Positions 39,605 to 50,352 of a stretch of DNA of 64,000 bases are shown here, piece by piece; position 1 is the first letter of the stretch, and each line of letters begins with the position of its first letter. This DNA comes from Candidatus Poribacteria bacterium (GTDB taxonomy: Bacteria > Poribacteria > WGA-4E > PCPOR2b), in assembly GCA_965208675.1 (NCBI GenBank), contig OZ242351.1, positions 2,112,001 through 2,176,000 on the forward strand, given 5' to 3'. The notes under the pieces are model-generated. The model was given only the letters and a program-made list of their open reading frames with translations, was not told the DNA's origin and did not search any database. Position numbers and translations under genes: made by a program.

Positions 39605-39935
39605 AGCTCTTTTTCCTCAAAAATTTCAAACTCTGTACAGGCAAATAAAACTAATGCGCCGCTATTCGTTTGTGCGGTGGAGGTATGGCGATAATCATTA
39701 TGGGATTTAAAACGACGCAAGTCAATCCTATTGTTGACAATCCTACTGGTTAAGTCAGTCTAAGCTATGATGATTGAGAAAGACCGATTCCCCAAAGTTC
39801 ACACTGAGAACTTTTCGATTGAATCGACTGTGGAAATCTGATAAGATTTAGACAGTACTATTGAGCAAATTATACGCCCCGTCCCTGAAATCGTCAAGGG
39901 AAAGTAGGTCGCGCGGGCGTCACATCTTAATCAGC

Positions 39936-40730
39936 ATGCGGACAGACGAACAGATGACAGCGCAGATAACGGCGACACACGAAATAGAATCGGCGATTCA
40001 CCACTTGGACACGTATGGCTATTGCATTCTCGCGAGTCGAATGCCGGTGGATGTTGCCGGTGAGACTGCCGAACGCTGCTTGGAGATGCAGGACGACCCG
40101 CAGTACCAAGCCTACAACTCCGGAAATCCCCATGAAAGCACGACAATGTCGGGTATGTACAACTTGGACGATCGGGTCTGGCAATTCTTGACCCACCCGG
40201 ACGTGCTAGCGATTGCCTACCACTTTCTCGGCTCGGATTGCCGGGTGACCGAGGTGTGCGCCAAGCCGATTTGGCCCGGGTCGCTTGGATACGGTCTCCA
40301 CGTCGATGAAGCCAATTTTTTTCACAAGGTACCGAACGTTCCGTGGCTAATTAACACCATGTGGATGCTCACGGATTTCACGGAGAAAAATGGCGCCACT
40401 GCAGTTGTACCGATGAGCCACAAATGCCGTTTCAAGCAACAGCCGACGGAAATTCCGTTTGAGAGTCCGCTTGTGAAAATCGCTACCGGTCAGCCGGGTT
40501 CAGTTCTTCTGTGGCACGGCGGCACACTCCATACTGCTACACCCAACACGGGAGATGGGGTTCGTGTGGGGCTCAATATTGCGTATCACGCGCGATGGTT
40601 CAATCATTACGGCAATACCCACATTGAACCAATTTGGCCAGAGACATACGTACGTATGCCGCTGGAGATGCAAAAACTCTTTACGTTGCGGCGCGGAAGG
40701 ACCAAATCCGAGGTTTATGAGATGGACTAG
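39936..40730 (+). CDS. Phytanoyl-CoA dioxygenase (PhyH) family Fe(II)/2OG dioxygenase
   Basis: LHVD (HxD), WMLTDFTEKNGATAVVPMSH and LH..TPN...R. Start uncertain (39861-39954). Confidence 0.88.
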   Translation: MRTDEQMTAQITATHEIESAIHHLDTYGYCILASRMPVDVAGETAERCLEMQDDPQYQAYNSGNPHESTTMSGMYNLDDRVWQFLTHPDVLAIAYHFLGSDCRVTEVCAKPIWPGSLGYGLHVDEANFFHKVPNVPWLINTMWMLTDFTEKNGATAVVPMSHKCRFKQQPTEIPFESPLVKIATGQPGSVLLWHGGTLHTATPNTGDGVRVGLNIAYHARWFNHYGNTHIEPIWPETYVRMPLEMQKLFTLRRGRTKSEVYEMD

Positions 40731-40834
40731 ATTTTAAATGCTTCCTGGTTCACAGGGATTGGCAATTTCAAAAGGTTAGCGCGATATAATTTCCGGCTGT
40801 CTCCACCGTTGCCGCGAATGTATGTTTTCTATGC

Positions 40835-40864
40835 TTGACACATTTTCGAGAAATATGGTATATT
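40835..40864 (+). promoter_or_regulatory. Sigma70 promoter of the rpsB operon
   Basis: TTGACA-18 nt-TATATT with an extended TG. Confidence 0.55.
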
Positions 40865-40990
40865 TTGTGTTTTGCGTGGTCCTGTACAAAAAACGCACTT
40901 CCTAATTTCACAATGGGTGCTCAGTTTTTTGAGAGTTGGATGTGAACGAGAGGGAAGTGTAAGAAAAACCCAAAGATTAAGGAGGATTTT

Positions 40991-41782
40991 TTGACAGTTA
41001 CAATGAAAGAACTCCTAGAAGCAGGCGTTCATTTTGGCCATCAGACACGACGCTGGAATCCCAAAATGGCAAAGTACATTTTTGCCGAACGTAATGGGAT
41101 TTACATCATCGATCTCCAGAAAACCTTGGCATTGCTAAAAAAGGCGTGTGAATTCCTGCAGGAAGTTGCTGCCGGCGGCGGTGCGGTGTTATTTGTCGGC
41201 ACCAAAAAGCAATCTCAGGAAACCGTGGTGGACGAAGCCACGAGATGTCAAATGTTCTATGTTAACCATCGCTGGTTAGGCGGCATGCTGACAAATTTTG
41301 AAACAATCAGGCGTAGCAGTGACCGGTTGAAAAAACTTGAAACTGATGAGGAAAGCGGTCAATTTGAGAAACTCCCAAAAAAAGAAGCCATGCAGTTAAG
41401 GCGTGAGAAGATTAAGCTGAACAATAACCTTGCGGGAATCAAGACAATGGGGCGCCTTCCCGAAGCTGTGATTGTCACCGATGTCCGCAAGGAACAGACA
41501 GCCGTCCGGGAAGCGAATAAGCTTGGCGTGCCTGTGATTGCAATAGTTGATACGAACTGGGATCCAGACCCGGTTGATTTTCCAATTCCTGGGAATGACG
41601 ACGCCATTCGCGCAATTAAGCTAATCTGTTCCGTCCTAGCTAGCGCGATTATCGAAGGACGAGGGGATGCCTTGCAGGGTGCGGATGACATAGATATGCC
41701 GCAGCCGGAAAACGCGGCACCTACGCCAACGACCGATGAGGAAGCTGAAGAGGAGACACCGGCACCAGACGGAGAAAAGTGA
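40991..41782 (+). CDS. rpsB: 30S ribosomal protein S2
   Basis: [19 protein letters not shown] and [11 protein letters not shown] start with AAGGAGG. Confidence 0.98.
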   Translation: MTVTMKELLEAGVHFGHQTRRWNPKMAKYIFAERNGIYIIDLQKTLALLKKACEFLQEVAAGGGAVLFVGTKKQSQETVVDEATRCQMFYVNHRWLGGMLTNFETIRRSSDRLKKLETDEESGQFEKLPKKEAMQLRREKIKLNNNLAGIKTMGRLPEAVIVTDVRKEQTAVREANKLGVPVIAIVDTNWDPDPVDFPIPGNDDAIRAIKLICSVLASAIIEGRGDALQGADDIDMPQPENAAPTPTTDEEAEEETPAPDGEK

Positions 41783-41913
41783 ATTACACTTTATGGCTGT
41801 ATTCACCTCGTTGGATAAGATAATGCCGCCAAAGACACCGCAGGTAGACAAGCAAGCCGAGTCAAAGTTTGGCAATGTCTGCTGTCAATACTGAACGGAG
41901 GATTAAAAATTTA

Positions 41914-42513
41914 ATGAATATTACCGCAAAAATGGTCAGTGAGTTGCGCACGCGGACGAGCGCGGGGATTATGGATTGTAAGAAAGCCTTAATAGAATCT
42001 AACGGCAACCTAGAAGCTGCGATTCAGTATTTACGGGAAAAAGGGCTGAAAGCGACGGAACTAAAGAGCGCGCGCACTGCTTCTGAGGGACTCATCGTCT
42101 CCTACATACATCCTGGCAATAGAATCGGCTCACTCGTTGAACTGAACTGTGAAACTGATTTCGTCGCACGGACAGAACAATTCCAGAAACTGGCGAAGGA
42201 CATTGCGATGCAGGTGGCAGCATCCAAACCGAAGTACGTTAGCAAAGCGGATGTCCCAGAAAACGCATTGGAATCCGAAAAAACAATTCTGAGAAAACAG
42301 GCTTTGGATGAGGGCAAGCCGGAACACATCGCTGACAAAATAGTTGATGGACGGATTTCAAAGTTCTATTCTGAAGTTTGCTTACTGGAACAGCCTTACA
42401 TTCGGGACACCGATAAGAGTGTCAGTCAACTTATCCAGGAGGGTGTTTCGCAGCTTGGAGAGAACATTGTAGTTGGGCGATTTACGCTTTATGTGTTGGC
42501 GCAGAGTGAATAA
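41914..42513 (+). CDS. tsf: Elongation factor Ts (short form)
   Basis: ELRTRTSAGIMDCKKAL and ELNCETDFVA. Confidence 0.97.
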   Translation: MNITAKMVSELRTRTSAGIMDCKKALIESNGNLEAAIQYLREKGLKATELKSARTASEGLIVSYIHPGNRIGSLVELNCETDFVARTEQFQKLAKDIAMQVAASKPKYVSKADVPENALESEKTILRKQALDEGKPEHIADKIVDGRISKFYSEVCLLEQPYIRDTDKSVSQLIQEGVSQLGENIVVGRFTLYVLAQSE

Positions 42514-42708
42514 ACACATCGGACAAGTATGGCGCCTGGACACTGGCGTTCGAGCTCAGTCCGAAGCGTATGCATCGCCGCACCGCCTAAAGCGTGTTGG
42601 TTTACCGGTGCCGAGATTATTATGTAGATTTTATGATTTGTGCATAGGGTGTACCAGCCTTGTAAATTAGTGTGCTGAAATAGCATCCTTATGATGAGGA
42701 GTTTCCAT

Positions 42709-43293
42709 ATGTCTGAAACGGTTATTCGTAATGCAGAGATGCGGATGAAAAAAGCTGTAGAGTCCACGGCAAATAATTTTGCACGGGTACAGACAGGGCG
42801 AGCTTCCCCCTCGTTGTTGGACGGTGTGTTAGTCGAATATTACGGAACGAAGAATCCCATAAATCAGGTTGCAACCATCACAGCGCCCGAACCCCGTGTC
42901 ATTATGATCCAACCTTGGGATAAGACAGTTAGCAAGGAGATTGAAAAGGCGATTTCCCGATCGGATTTGGGGTTAAACCCGAATAGTGACGGCAATGTTA
43001 TCCGTATACAGGTTCCTGAACTGACAACGGAGCGGCGGAAGGAGTTGGCAAAATATGTCAGTAAGTTAGCTGAAGACGGCCGCATCGCAATTAGGAATAT
43101 TCGGCGTGATGCGAATGACGCCATTAAAAAGCTCGACAAATCGGACGCTTCATCAAAAGGCAGGAAGGGAAAAGAAAGAGGCGGGGAAAAGAGACAAGGC
43201 GACGATGATCCAGTGCAAAAGATAACGGACAAGTATATCGATCAGATAAGCCAGCTACTGAAATCGAAAGAAGTAGAACTCATGGAGTTGTAG
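42709..43293 (+). CDS. frr: Ribosome recycling factor
   Basis: TGRASPSLLD, SDLGLNP, LTTERRKEL and IRNIRRDAN. Confidence 0.95.
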   Translation: MSETVIRNAEMRMKKAVESTANNFARVQTGRASPSLLDGVLVEYYGTKNPINQVATITAPEPRVIMIQPWDKTVSKEIEKAISRSDLGLNPNSDGNVIRIQVPELTTERRKELAKYVSKLAEDGRIAIRNIRRDANDAIKKLDKSDASSKGRKGKERGGEKRQGDDDPVQKITDKYIDQISQLLKSKEVELMEL

Positions 43294-43525
43294 ACATCTC
43301 GCCTTGAAGCTACCTTGATGTGTGCCGCCTACACCGATGAAAATCTGAATTTGATTTTTCTGTATAGGGATAATATCTCTCGTGTAAAACTGGAATCACT
43401 CAAACCTAAGATGTAACGTGCAAAGATAGGTCAGCCGGAATTTGTGCATGGGTGCATTTTCCGGTCGATTCGTTCTTTTTTGACCTCATGACTCAATTAT
43501 CCCATGGCTGTAACGTCCCTAACCG

Positions 43526-44347
43526 ATGTTCTGGAAGCGAGCAGTCAGTTGCGCTGTCCTTATCCCAATCGTCATCTTCGCTATTCAGTGGAGCGATCCC
43601 CGTCCATTTTTCGCTCTGGTAATCGGCGTAACAATCCTCATGCTGGTCGAATTCAGCCGATTATGCAAGTCAATCGGATTGACAGAGATTCGGATTGCCG
43701 TTGTTGCATCAGGACTCCTATTTTGTGCGTCAGCACTCATGGAGCGTCTTTCCGTTGAATTTGTTCTCGCCTTTACGCTTTTTTTAGCCTTTGCAGTCCA
43801 AATTCTTCATCGCCAAATTAACAGCGCATTCATGTCAGTAACGACCACCATAACGGGTGCGGTTTATATCGGCTGGATGTTTGGGTATCATCTGATATTG
43901 CTGCGAAAAATAAGCGATTCTACGGGCGAGTCGATTGGCAGCGAGTTGATTTTGTTTCTAGTTGTAGTTACTTGGAGCAGTGACACAGCCGCCTATGTCC
44001 TGGGAAGATGGTTTGGCAAACACAAATTGATACCACAAATCAGTCCTGGAAAAACGGTTGAAGGCACCATCGCCGGCTTGTGTATTGCGGCAATTGGCGG
44101 TCTTGTTATTTGGTTATTATTGCTTAAAGACACGTTCGGTCCTGTGCACGCATTAGGTCTTGGAATATTGCTTGGAATTGTGAGCCAAATTAGCGATTTA
44201 AGTGAGTCAATAATCAAACGCACCGCTGATGTCAAAGATTCAGGTACCCTGATTCCAGGGCATGGCGGACTCCTTGATCGATGTGACAGTTTGATTTTTT
44301 GTGCCCCAACCCTTTATTACTACTTTCAATTTGCCATTCACGCTTGA
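43526..44347 (+). CDS. cdsA: Phosphatidate cytidylyltransferase
   Basis: SDTAAY, ISPGKTVEG and KDSGTLIPGHGGLLDRCDS. Confidence 0.95.
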   Translation: MFWKRAVSCAVLIPIVIFAIQWSDPRPFFALVIGVTILMLVEFSRLCKSIGLTEIRIAVVASGLLFCASALMERLSVEFVLAFTLFLAFAVQILHRQINSAFMSVTTTITGAVYIGWMFGYHLILLRKISDSTGESIGSELILFLVVVTWSSDTAAYVLGRWFGKHKLIPQISPGKTVEGTIAGLCIAAIGGLVIWLLLLKDTFGPVHALGLGILLGIVSQISDLSESIIKRTADVKDSGTLIPGHGGLLDRCDSLIFCAPTLYYYFQFAIHA

Positions 44348-44361
44348 TTTGTAGGTTCGAT

Positions 44362-45540
44362 ATGAAACGCTTGGCGATTCTCGGTTCAACCGGGTCAATT
44401 GGGAAAAGTGCTCTCTCCGTCGCACAGGCCCATCCTGATGAGTTCGCAATTGCTGGACTTGCTGCGAATACTTCGGTTGACCTACTAGAACAGCAGATAC
44501 GCCAATTTCGTCCCAGACTTGCGGCATTAAACGATAGAGACACCGCTAATCAGCTTCGGGAACGCTTGAAGGACTTGAAATCGCTTGAAGTGCTTTCAGG
44601 TAGAGAAGGAGTTTTAGCGATAGCGAAGATGGAGGAAGTCGACTTGGTTATCGAGGCCATCGGAGGCAGCGCAGGATTGCTGCCGACGTTGGAAGCGATT
44701 CAATCTGGAAAGGACTTAGCGTTCGTCAACAAAGAAGTATTAGTCATGTGCGGTTCGTTGGTAATGAGCGCGGTCGAAGAGTATGGCGTCAATCTGTTGC
44801 CCGTCGATAGCGAAATTAGCGCGATCCTTCAGTGCCTTTCTGGTAGACTGAGCGACAATCTACAAGAACGTAACCAGATTAATCGCCTCATTTTAACAGC
44901 TTCCGGCGGCCCGTTCCGCGAAACACCTCTCAATCAACTCCATACCGTGACTCCTGAAGAAGCACTGAAACATCCCACCTGGAGCATGGGGAACAAAATT
45001 ACGATTGACTCCGCAACGATGATGAACAAAGGACTGGAAGTCATCGAAGCGAGATGGTTGTTTCAAATAGAACCGTCACAGATTGATGTGATAATTCAGC
45101 CGGAAAGTATCATCCATTCGATGGTCGAATTTGTGGATGGCTCCTGCCTAGCTCAACTGGGTGTCGCCGATATGCGGGTTCCGATTCAATACGCTTTAAC
45201 TTATCCCCGCCATCTGCCGAGCCCTGCTTCGCATCTTAACCTTACTCAAATTCGCACGCTACACTTCGAACCTGTTGATTTTGAGAAGTTTCCCTGCCTG
45301 TCGCATGCGTATACCGCGACCGAGGTTGGCGGGACATTGCCCACCGTTCTTAGCAGCGCCGATGAGGTTGCGGTCAGTGCTTTTCTAAATAAGCACATCG
45401 GGTTTATGGACATACCGATGATTATTGAAAAGGTCATGAATCAACATGACGTCAAACTTCAACCGACCCTCAATGATATTCTAGCCGCCGATCGGTGGGC
45501 AAAATCCACCTCCCATCAGTTAATCCAGAGCCTGTATTAA
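44362..45540 (+). CDS. dxr: 1-deoxy-D-xylulose-5-phosphate reductoisomerase
   Basis: LGSTGSIG, LPVDSE, TASGGPF and HPTWSMGNKITIDSATMMNKGLE. Confidence 0.97.
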   Translation: MKRLAILGSTGSIGKSALSVAQAHPDEFAIAGLAANTSVDLLEQQIRQFRPRLAALNDRDTANQLRERLKDLKSLEVLSGREGVLAIAKMEEVDLVIEAIGGSAGLLPTLEAIQSGKDLAFVNKEVLVMCGSLVMSAVEEYGVNLLPVDSEISAILQCLSGRLSDNLQERNQINRLILTASGGPFRETPLNQLHTVTPEEALKHPTWSMGNKITIDSATMMNKGLEVIEARWLFQIEPSQIDVIIQPESIIHSMVEFVDGSCLAQLGVADMRVPIQYALTYPRHLPSPASHLNLTQIRTLHFEPVDFEKFPCLSHAYTATEVGGTLPTVLSSADEVAVSAFLNKHIGFMDIPMIIEKVMNQHDVKLQPTLNDILAADRWAKSTSHQLIQSLY

Positions 45541-45583
45541 GTTCTGTTTTCGATAGCGTGCAGGCTTTGAGACAGCGATTAAA

Positions 45584-48500
45584 TCATTCGCCGCTGCTAC
45601 CGGTGCCAGTACGGCGAGGAATGCCCTGTGATTTCATGTAGGATGTGATAGATGCGATTTGCTGCTGAGCTCGCCTTAACACCTTGTTGACCTGCGGACT
45701 AACCGGAGGTTCTGTTTCGTATTTTTTCCAGAGCTTGTCAAACCAATCGAGTGCATCGTTGTAATAGTTATCGTCTTGGTCAGCCAACACCATGTAAGCT
45801 TCTCCGATTTGGGCAAGTGAGAGATCTCCGTATTTGGTGTTGGGATAAGCATTGATGATATCGTTGAATTCAGCAATTACTTTTTCAAGCGCCGGTTTTT
45901 GGGCTTCACCACGTGTCCGCTTTGCTTTATCAAAATTATCACTCGTTTGAATATAGAATGAACTTGCGAGCGCGGTTTGCGTTTCCACCAGATATCCAGA
46001 AGCAGTATTTTTGGAATCCTGATCGATACCCGGCACATCCAATGCCCGCCGGTATTGCTCGACAGCCAAGTCATAGAGGCGGATGCGCTCGGCATTTTCA
46101 ATTTCTGGGACCGAACCTTGGTTAAAATAATCGTTTCCGAGGTTGATGAACGCTTGAGCAGCGTAGGGGGTATCCGGGTAGTTCTTTGCGAGAATCTCGT
46201 TTATATCGAAGATTTTCGCGTTCCATTTTTCCTTCATTTCCGCGTCGTCCCCCGCGTCGTCAGCCAAACGTGAATAACTTGCGGATATCGCGTTAAGCGA
46301 TTCCGCTGCTTTTTCATGCTGCGAATTCAAGCCGCGGACTATTCCATACTCATCAATTGCCTTCAGGAACTTCTGAGCGGCGAAGTAAGATTCTCCCGCC
46401 TGATACTGCCACAATGGTGCATCCTCTGCATTTGGGAAGCGGCGAACCAGTTCTTTGAATGAAGGCACGGCTCGTTCAAAATAGGCTATGGTTTGATCGG
46501 AATATTCAGCATCAAGTCCGAGTTGAATTCGACCGAGTTCAAAATAGGCGGATCCAATGTATGTCAATGCAGTCATGATATTGTCCGTCAATTCATTCGA
46601 GGCTGGAAAGATCCCTTTATCGACATAGTCCATGAAAAGCGTCAACGCATCGGTTGCCGTTTCAAGATCTACTTTTGGCTCCTCCGTCAGCTTAATCTGA
46701 GAACCAATCGAATATGAAATCTGACCTGCTTGGAATAACGCATTTTGAACAAACGGAATCACGGACTTCTCAGCATTTTCAATCGGAGCAACGATTTCAT
46801 GCACTTTCAAGTAAGTCGCAGCAGCCTCTCGGCTTCCAAGGATGTACGGCCTCATATCGGCGCCCACTTGATCTGAAAAGAGCTGATACGCCCTGTCGAA
46901 ATATAGGAAACCAAGATTATACTGGGCGGAAACTTTCTGCGGTACCGTTTGGGCAGCCTGCCGCGCCATCTCAGCCTGAGCGATTGCCTCGTCTAATCGA
47001 CCTAATTTCACATATAGGTCGGATTTACGTATTCCCGAGTCTGCCACCATTGCTTGAATGTTTTTGTCGGATTCACTGGCAAAATCGGTCGTAACGACCT
47101 CATATGCCTGCAATGCGTTTTCAAGCTCTTGTAGCTTTGTTTCATAAATCAACCCTGAACGATAATACGATTGTGCTTTAACGAGTGCATCGCCTACCAA
47201 TTGAACGGCGTTTTGGTAGTTGAGCAAAGCTTCACTATACTGTTGCAGATGCGCGTCTTGCGCATAAGCCATTGCGAAATAAGAGCGCCCCTTGCGGTCA
47301 GCATCATCTGTATTTTGGATAACATGCTGATATTCTTCGACAGCGGCAGCATGATTTCCGACAGACGTATTCAATTCCGCAAGCCGAGTATGAGCTTGAT
47401 GGATTAAACTCTGGCGCGCCTCATCTTCAGTTTGTCCTTCATACGCGGTTGTTTTCTGGAAGGCTTCGATTGCCCCCATCGAATCATCTAAACCAAATCT
47501 AGCAAGCCCCAAAGTGTAGTAAGCACTAATCATAGCATCAACGCCGGGATTAGTCTCGATTGCTTGCATAGCATAGTTGGCAGAATTTTGGAATGACAAT
47601 TTTTTGGTGCCATCGTCCGAAGCGTCTTGCCCTAACTGATAATAACATACTGCGATTTGGTACAACGCATTTTTCATAAGTTCATTGCCGGGAAACATCT
47701 CTACGAACATTTGGTATTCGGCAATGGCTTTTTCAAACTCCTTAGCGCCGTAAAGCGAATGTCCAACTTTTAACTGTGCCCGTGAGCGAGCGTCTTCGGG
47801 GGCTGCCGTATTATTTGCAATGCGCTTGAGACTTGCGAGGTGTGCAGCCATATCCTCTTCGGTATCAATACCCTGCTGTTCGATTGCAGTGGCTTTTACG
47901 AGGTCAATATGACCTAGCGTCTTTCTGACCTTTTCATCGTCGCTATTCCCGTATTTTGCTGCGGCGAGATCGGCGACTTCAAGAACATTTGGCCACTGAG
48001 AGGCATCACCCTGTTTAGCCAAATCACGATAGGCGAGGACAAGGCCATAGTAACCCTCAATAGCATTTGGGCTGTCACCGTATTGCTCAATGACTTTTTG
48101 GAATGCAGCAACGGATTTTTCTAGTAAGGCTGAATCGTCGTCCGCCGCTTTGTAGTAACAAAGCCCAATTAGGTATTGCGCGTCATCTGCATATTCACCC
48201 TTTGGGTTTCTTGCAACAATACTTTCGTATTGAACAGCGGCTTCAGCGAATCGTCCCTCGGAACGCAGTAGGTCTGCCAGCTTAATCTCTGCTAGTGAGC
48301 GGTTATCCGGGCTCAACGAGTCAAGGATTGATTGGTATGCTGCCACAGCTTGCGACGGGTTACCTTCCCTAACGTGGCTTTGTGCGATTAACAACTGTGC
48401 CCGCTCGAAATTTTCACTACCGGAAGGAATGGATGCGTAAAGTGCACGCGCATCGTCCCACTGATCGAGTTTTTCATGCGCAAGTGCTTGGTTCATTTTG

Positions 48501-50263
48501 CAAGCCTCGACCTGCTGGGGCCGTTCTGTAAAGTCGTCATAGCGGCCGTCTTCTACACCACCGACAAACGCATCGTCTTTGAACTTATCTATTGCTTCTT
48601 GATAGGCGACGATTGATTGCTGTAGCAGTGATTCATTGAACACAGCTTCAGAATCTCCTTCACGGTAATCTGCCGGTTTGCTGGCTTCGTAGTAGGCCCG
48701 CCCTTCCTGAAATTTTCCGATTAGCTTAATCGTGTGAAATTTCGGCAGTTCCGGATATGCCCAAAGTTTTGCGTATTCTGCAGCCGCTTCCGCGTACTGT
48801 TTGAAGTCGTTAAATTTCATTTCAGCGAATTTAAGCTGAACTTCCGCTGCGAGAATATCGAACTCCGGATCGGCACGGTGTTTATCTATAAATTCGCGCG
48901 CTACCCTTTCGAGTTCATCCTTTCGTCCGAGATCGTTCAACGCCCAAATTGCGCCGTAAAGGGCATGAGGGGCAACCGGATCTGTCGGAAATTCATCAAT
49001 CGCCGTTTGATACCACTGCAGAGCCGTTTCAAAGTATCCTACCGCTTGATCGTTCTGACCGGAGAGTTTCAGATTAGTTGCCAATTTATAGTGGGATTCG
49101 CCCATTTGATAAGTAACATAGGGCTTAAAGTCGGTATGATCCGGGTGTTCATCAAGGACGCGCTGGTATGCCGCGACAGCTTCATTCCAGTCTTGCAACT
49201 TGAAGTAGCTATCCGCGATTCCCAATTTTCCTTCAGCGACGAAGTTGCTTTCAGGATACTCTTCCAGCAGCTTATTATAAGATACAATAGCGTTTGGATA
49301 ATCTTCTTGATCGTAATACGTGCGGCCGATCGTTGCCTGAATTTCAGCCTGAAGATCGCGGTCTTCCGTGTTTTGCAGGGCGAGTTCATAGTTGACTCGG
49401 GCGTTGTCATAGTCTCTCTGTTTCGCGTAAATTGTACCCATATCGAAGTATGCCGCAGTGACGTATTGGCTATCGGGGAATTTCGTAATGAATGTTGAGT
49501 AGCGCCCAATTGCTTCTTCATCACGGGCAAGTTGGTTCAAACAGAAAGCCGCTTTATACATCGCTTCTGCTTGCAACTCCGGGTAATTTTTAAATTCTTC
49601 AGTGGCCAGCTTGTCGAATTCCTGATAAGATTGCTCGTAGTTTTTTTCATTGAGAAAAGATTGAGCAATCAGATGCTGCGCGTCATCTTTGAAATCCGAG
49701 TTTGGAAACCCGTCGAGTACCTCCTTAAAGGCATGGCGGGATTCTTCATACTTTTGCAGCTTATAGTTGAGTTGGCCGATTGCGTACCAGGCGTTTTCAA
49801 CGAACAGGCTATTTGGGAAGGTTTCGATTAACGCTTGAAATTTGGGTTCTGACAGCTCGAATTTTTCTTGCTTGTAGAGAATATGCCCCCAGAGGTAAGT
49901 TATCCCCTCTTGGTGTTTGGGCACGCTCGCGTCTACGGCAACTTTTTCAATATACTGAACCGCAGTGTCATAGTAGTTAACATCTCCCGATTGTTCCGCC
50001 CATTTTGAATAGCTGACCGCAATCTTGTAATGTGCGAGTGTGTGGAAATCCTTATCAATGACTTCCGTCTTAACGCCCCATTTTGTTGATTCTTCAAGGG
50101 CTAGGTTATATCCTTCGATGGCTCGTTCATAATCAGCTTGGCTAAAGTGTTCCTCTGCATCGTTATATAACCGTTCGACCTTCTTGGAACTGCCGGAAGG
50201 CCAAAACAGAACAGCGAGTAACGCAACTCCGCCAAGAATTCCTAGTGTTTTCGGGTTCATCAC
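45584..50263 (-). CDS. Giant (1559 aa) membrane-anchored TPR protein (CpoB/BamD-like repeats)
   Basis: N-terminal TM segment followed by many (F/Y)PxS...A.(Y/F)..G repeats. Confidence 0.85.
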   Translation of the reverse strand: MMNPKTLGILGGVALLAVLFWPSGSSKKVERLYNDAEEHFSQADYERAIEGYNLALEESTKWGVKTEVIDKDFHTLAHYKIAVSYSKWAEQSGDVNYYDTAVQYIEKVAVDASVPKHQEGITYLWGHILYKQEKFELSEPKFQALIETFPNSLFVENAWYAIGQLNYKLQKYEESRHAFKEVLDGFPNSDFKDDAQHLIAQSFLNEKNYEQSYQEFDKLATEEFKNYPELQAEAMYKAAFCLNQLARDEEAIGRYSTFITKFPDSQYVTAAYFDMGTIYAKQRDYDNARVNYELALQNTEDRDLQAEIQATIGRTYYDQEDYPNAIVSYNKLLEEYPESNFVAEGKLGIADSYFKLQDWNEAVAAYQRVLDEHPDHTDFKPYVTYQMGESHYKLATNLKLSGQNDQAVGYFETALQWYQTAIDEFPTDPVAPHALYGAIWALNDLGRKDELERVAREFIDKHRADPEFDILAAEVQLKFAEMKFNDFKQYAEAAAEYAKLWAYPELPKFHTIKLIGKFQEGRAYYEASKPADYREGDSEAVFNESLLQQSIVAYQEAIDKFKDDAFVGGVEDGRYDDFTERPQQVEACKMNQALAHEKLDQWDDARALYASIPSGSENFERAQLLIAQSHVREGNPSQAVAAYQSILDSLSPDNRSLAEIKLADLLRSEGRFAEAAVQYESIVARNPKGEYADDAQYLIGLCYYKAADDDSALLEKSVAAFQKVIEQYGDSPNAIEGYYGLVLAYRDLAKQGDASQWPNVLEVADLAAAKYGNSDDEKVRKTLGHIDLVKATAIEQQGIDTEEDMAAHLASLKRIANNTAAPEDARSRAQLKVGHSLYGAKEFEKAIAEYQMFVEMFPGNELMKNALYQIAVCYYQLGQDASDDGTKKLSFQNSANYAMQAIETNPGVDAMISAYYTLGLARFGLDDSMGAIEAFQKTTAYEGQTEDEARQSLIHQAHTRLAELNTSVGNHAAAVEEYQHVIQNTDDADRKGRSYFAMAYAQDAHLQQYSEALLNYQNAVQLVGDALVKAQSYYRSGLIYETKLQELENALQAYEVVTTDFASESDKNIQAMVADSGIRKSDLYVKLGRLDEAIAQAEMARQAAQTVPQKVSAQYNLGFLYFDRAYQLFSDQVGADMRPYILGSREAAATYLKVHEIVAPIENAEKSVIPFVQNALFQAGQISYSIGSQIKLTEEPKVDLETATDALTLFMDYVDKGIFPASNELTDNIMTALTYIGSAYFELGRIQLGLDAEYSDQTIAYFERAVPSFKELVRRFPNAEDAPLWQYQAGESYFAAQKFLKAIDEYGIVRGLNSQHEKAAESLNAISASYSRLADDAGDDAEMKEKWNAKIFDINEILAKNYPDTPYAAQAFINLGNDYFNQGSVPEIENAERIRLYDLAVEQYRRALDVPGIDQDSKNTASGYLVETQTALASSFYIQTSDNFDKAKRTRGEAQKPALEKVIAEFNDIINAYPNTKYGDLSLAQIGEAYMVLADQDDNYYNDALDWFDKLWKKYETEPPVSPQVNKVLRRAQQQIASITSYMKSQGIPRRTGTGSSGE

Positions 50264-50352
50264 AATCTCCTTGTAAGTTTTGAGTTAAGCATAAGGTATT
50301 TAGAGGCGTTATCATCTAACACCTCGTAGCTTCAGCTAAAGTTTTTGCAGAA

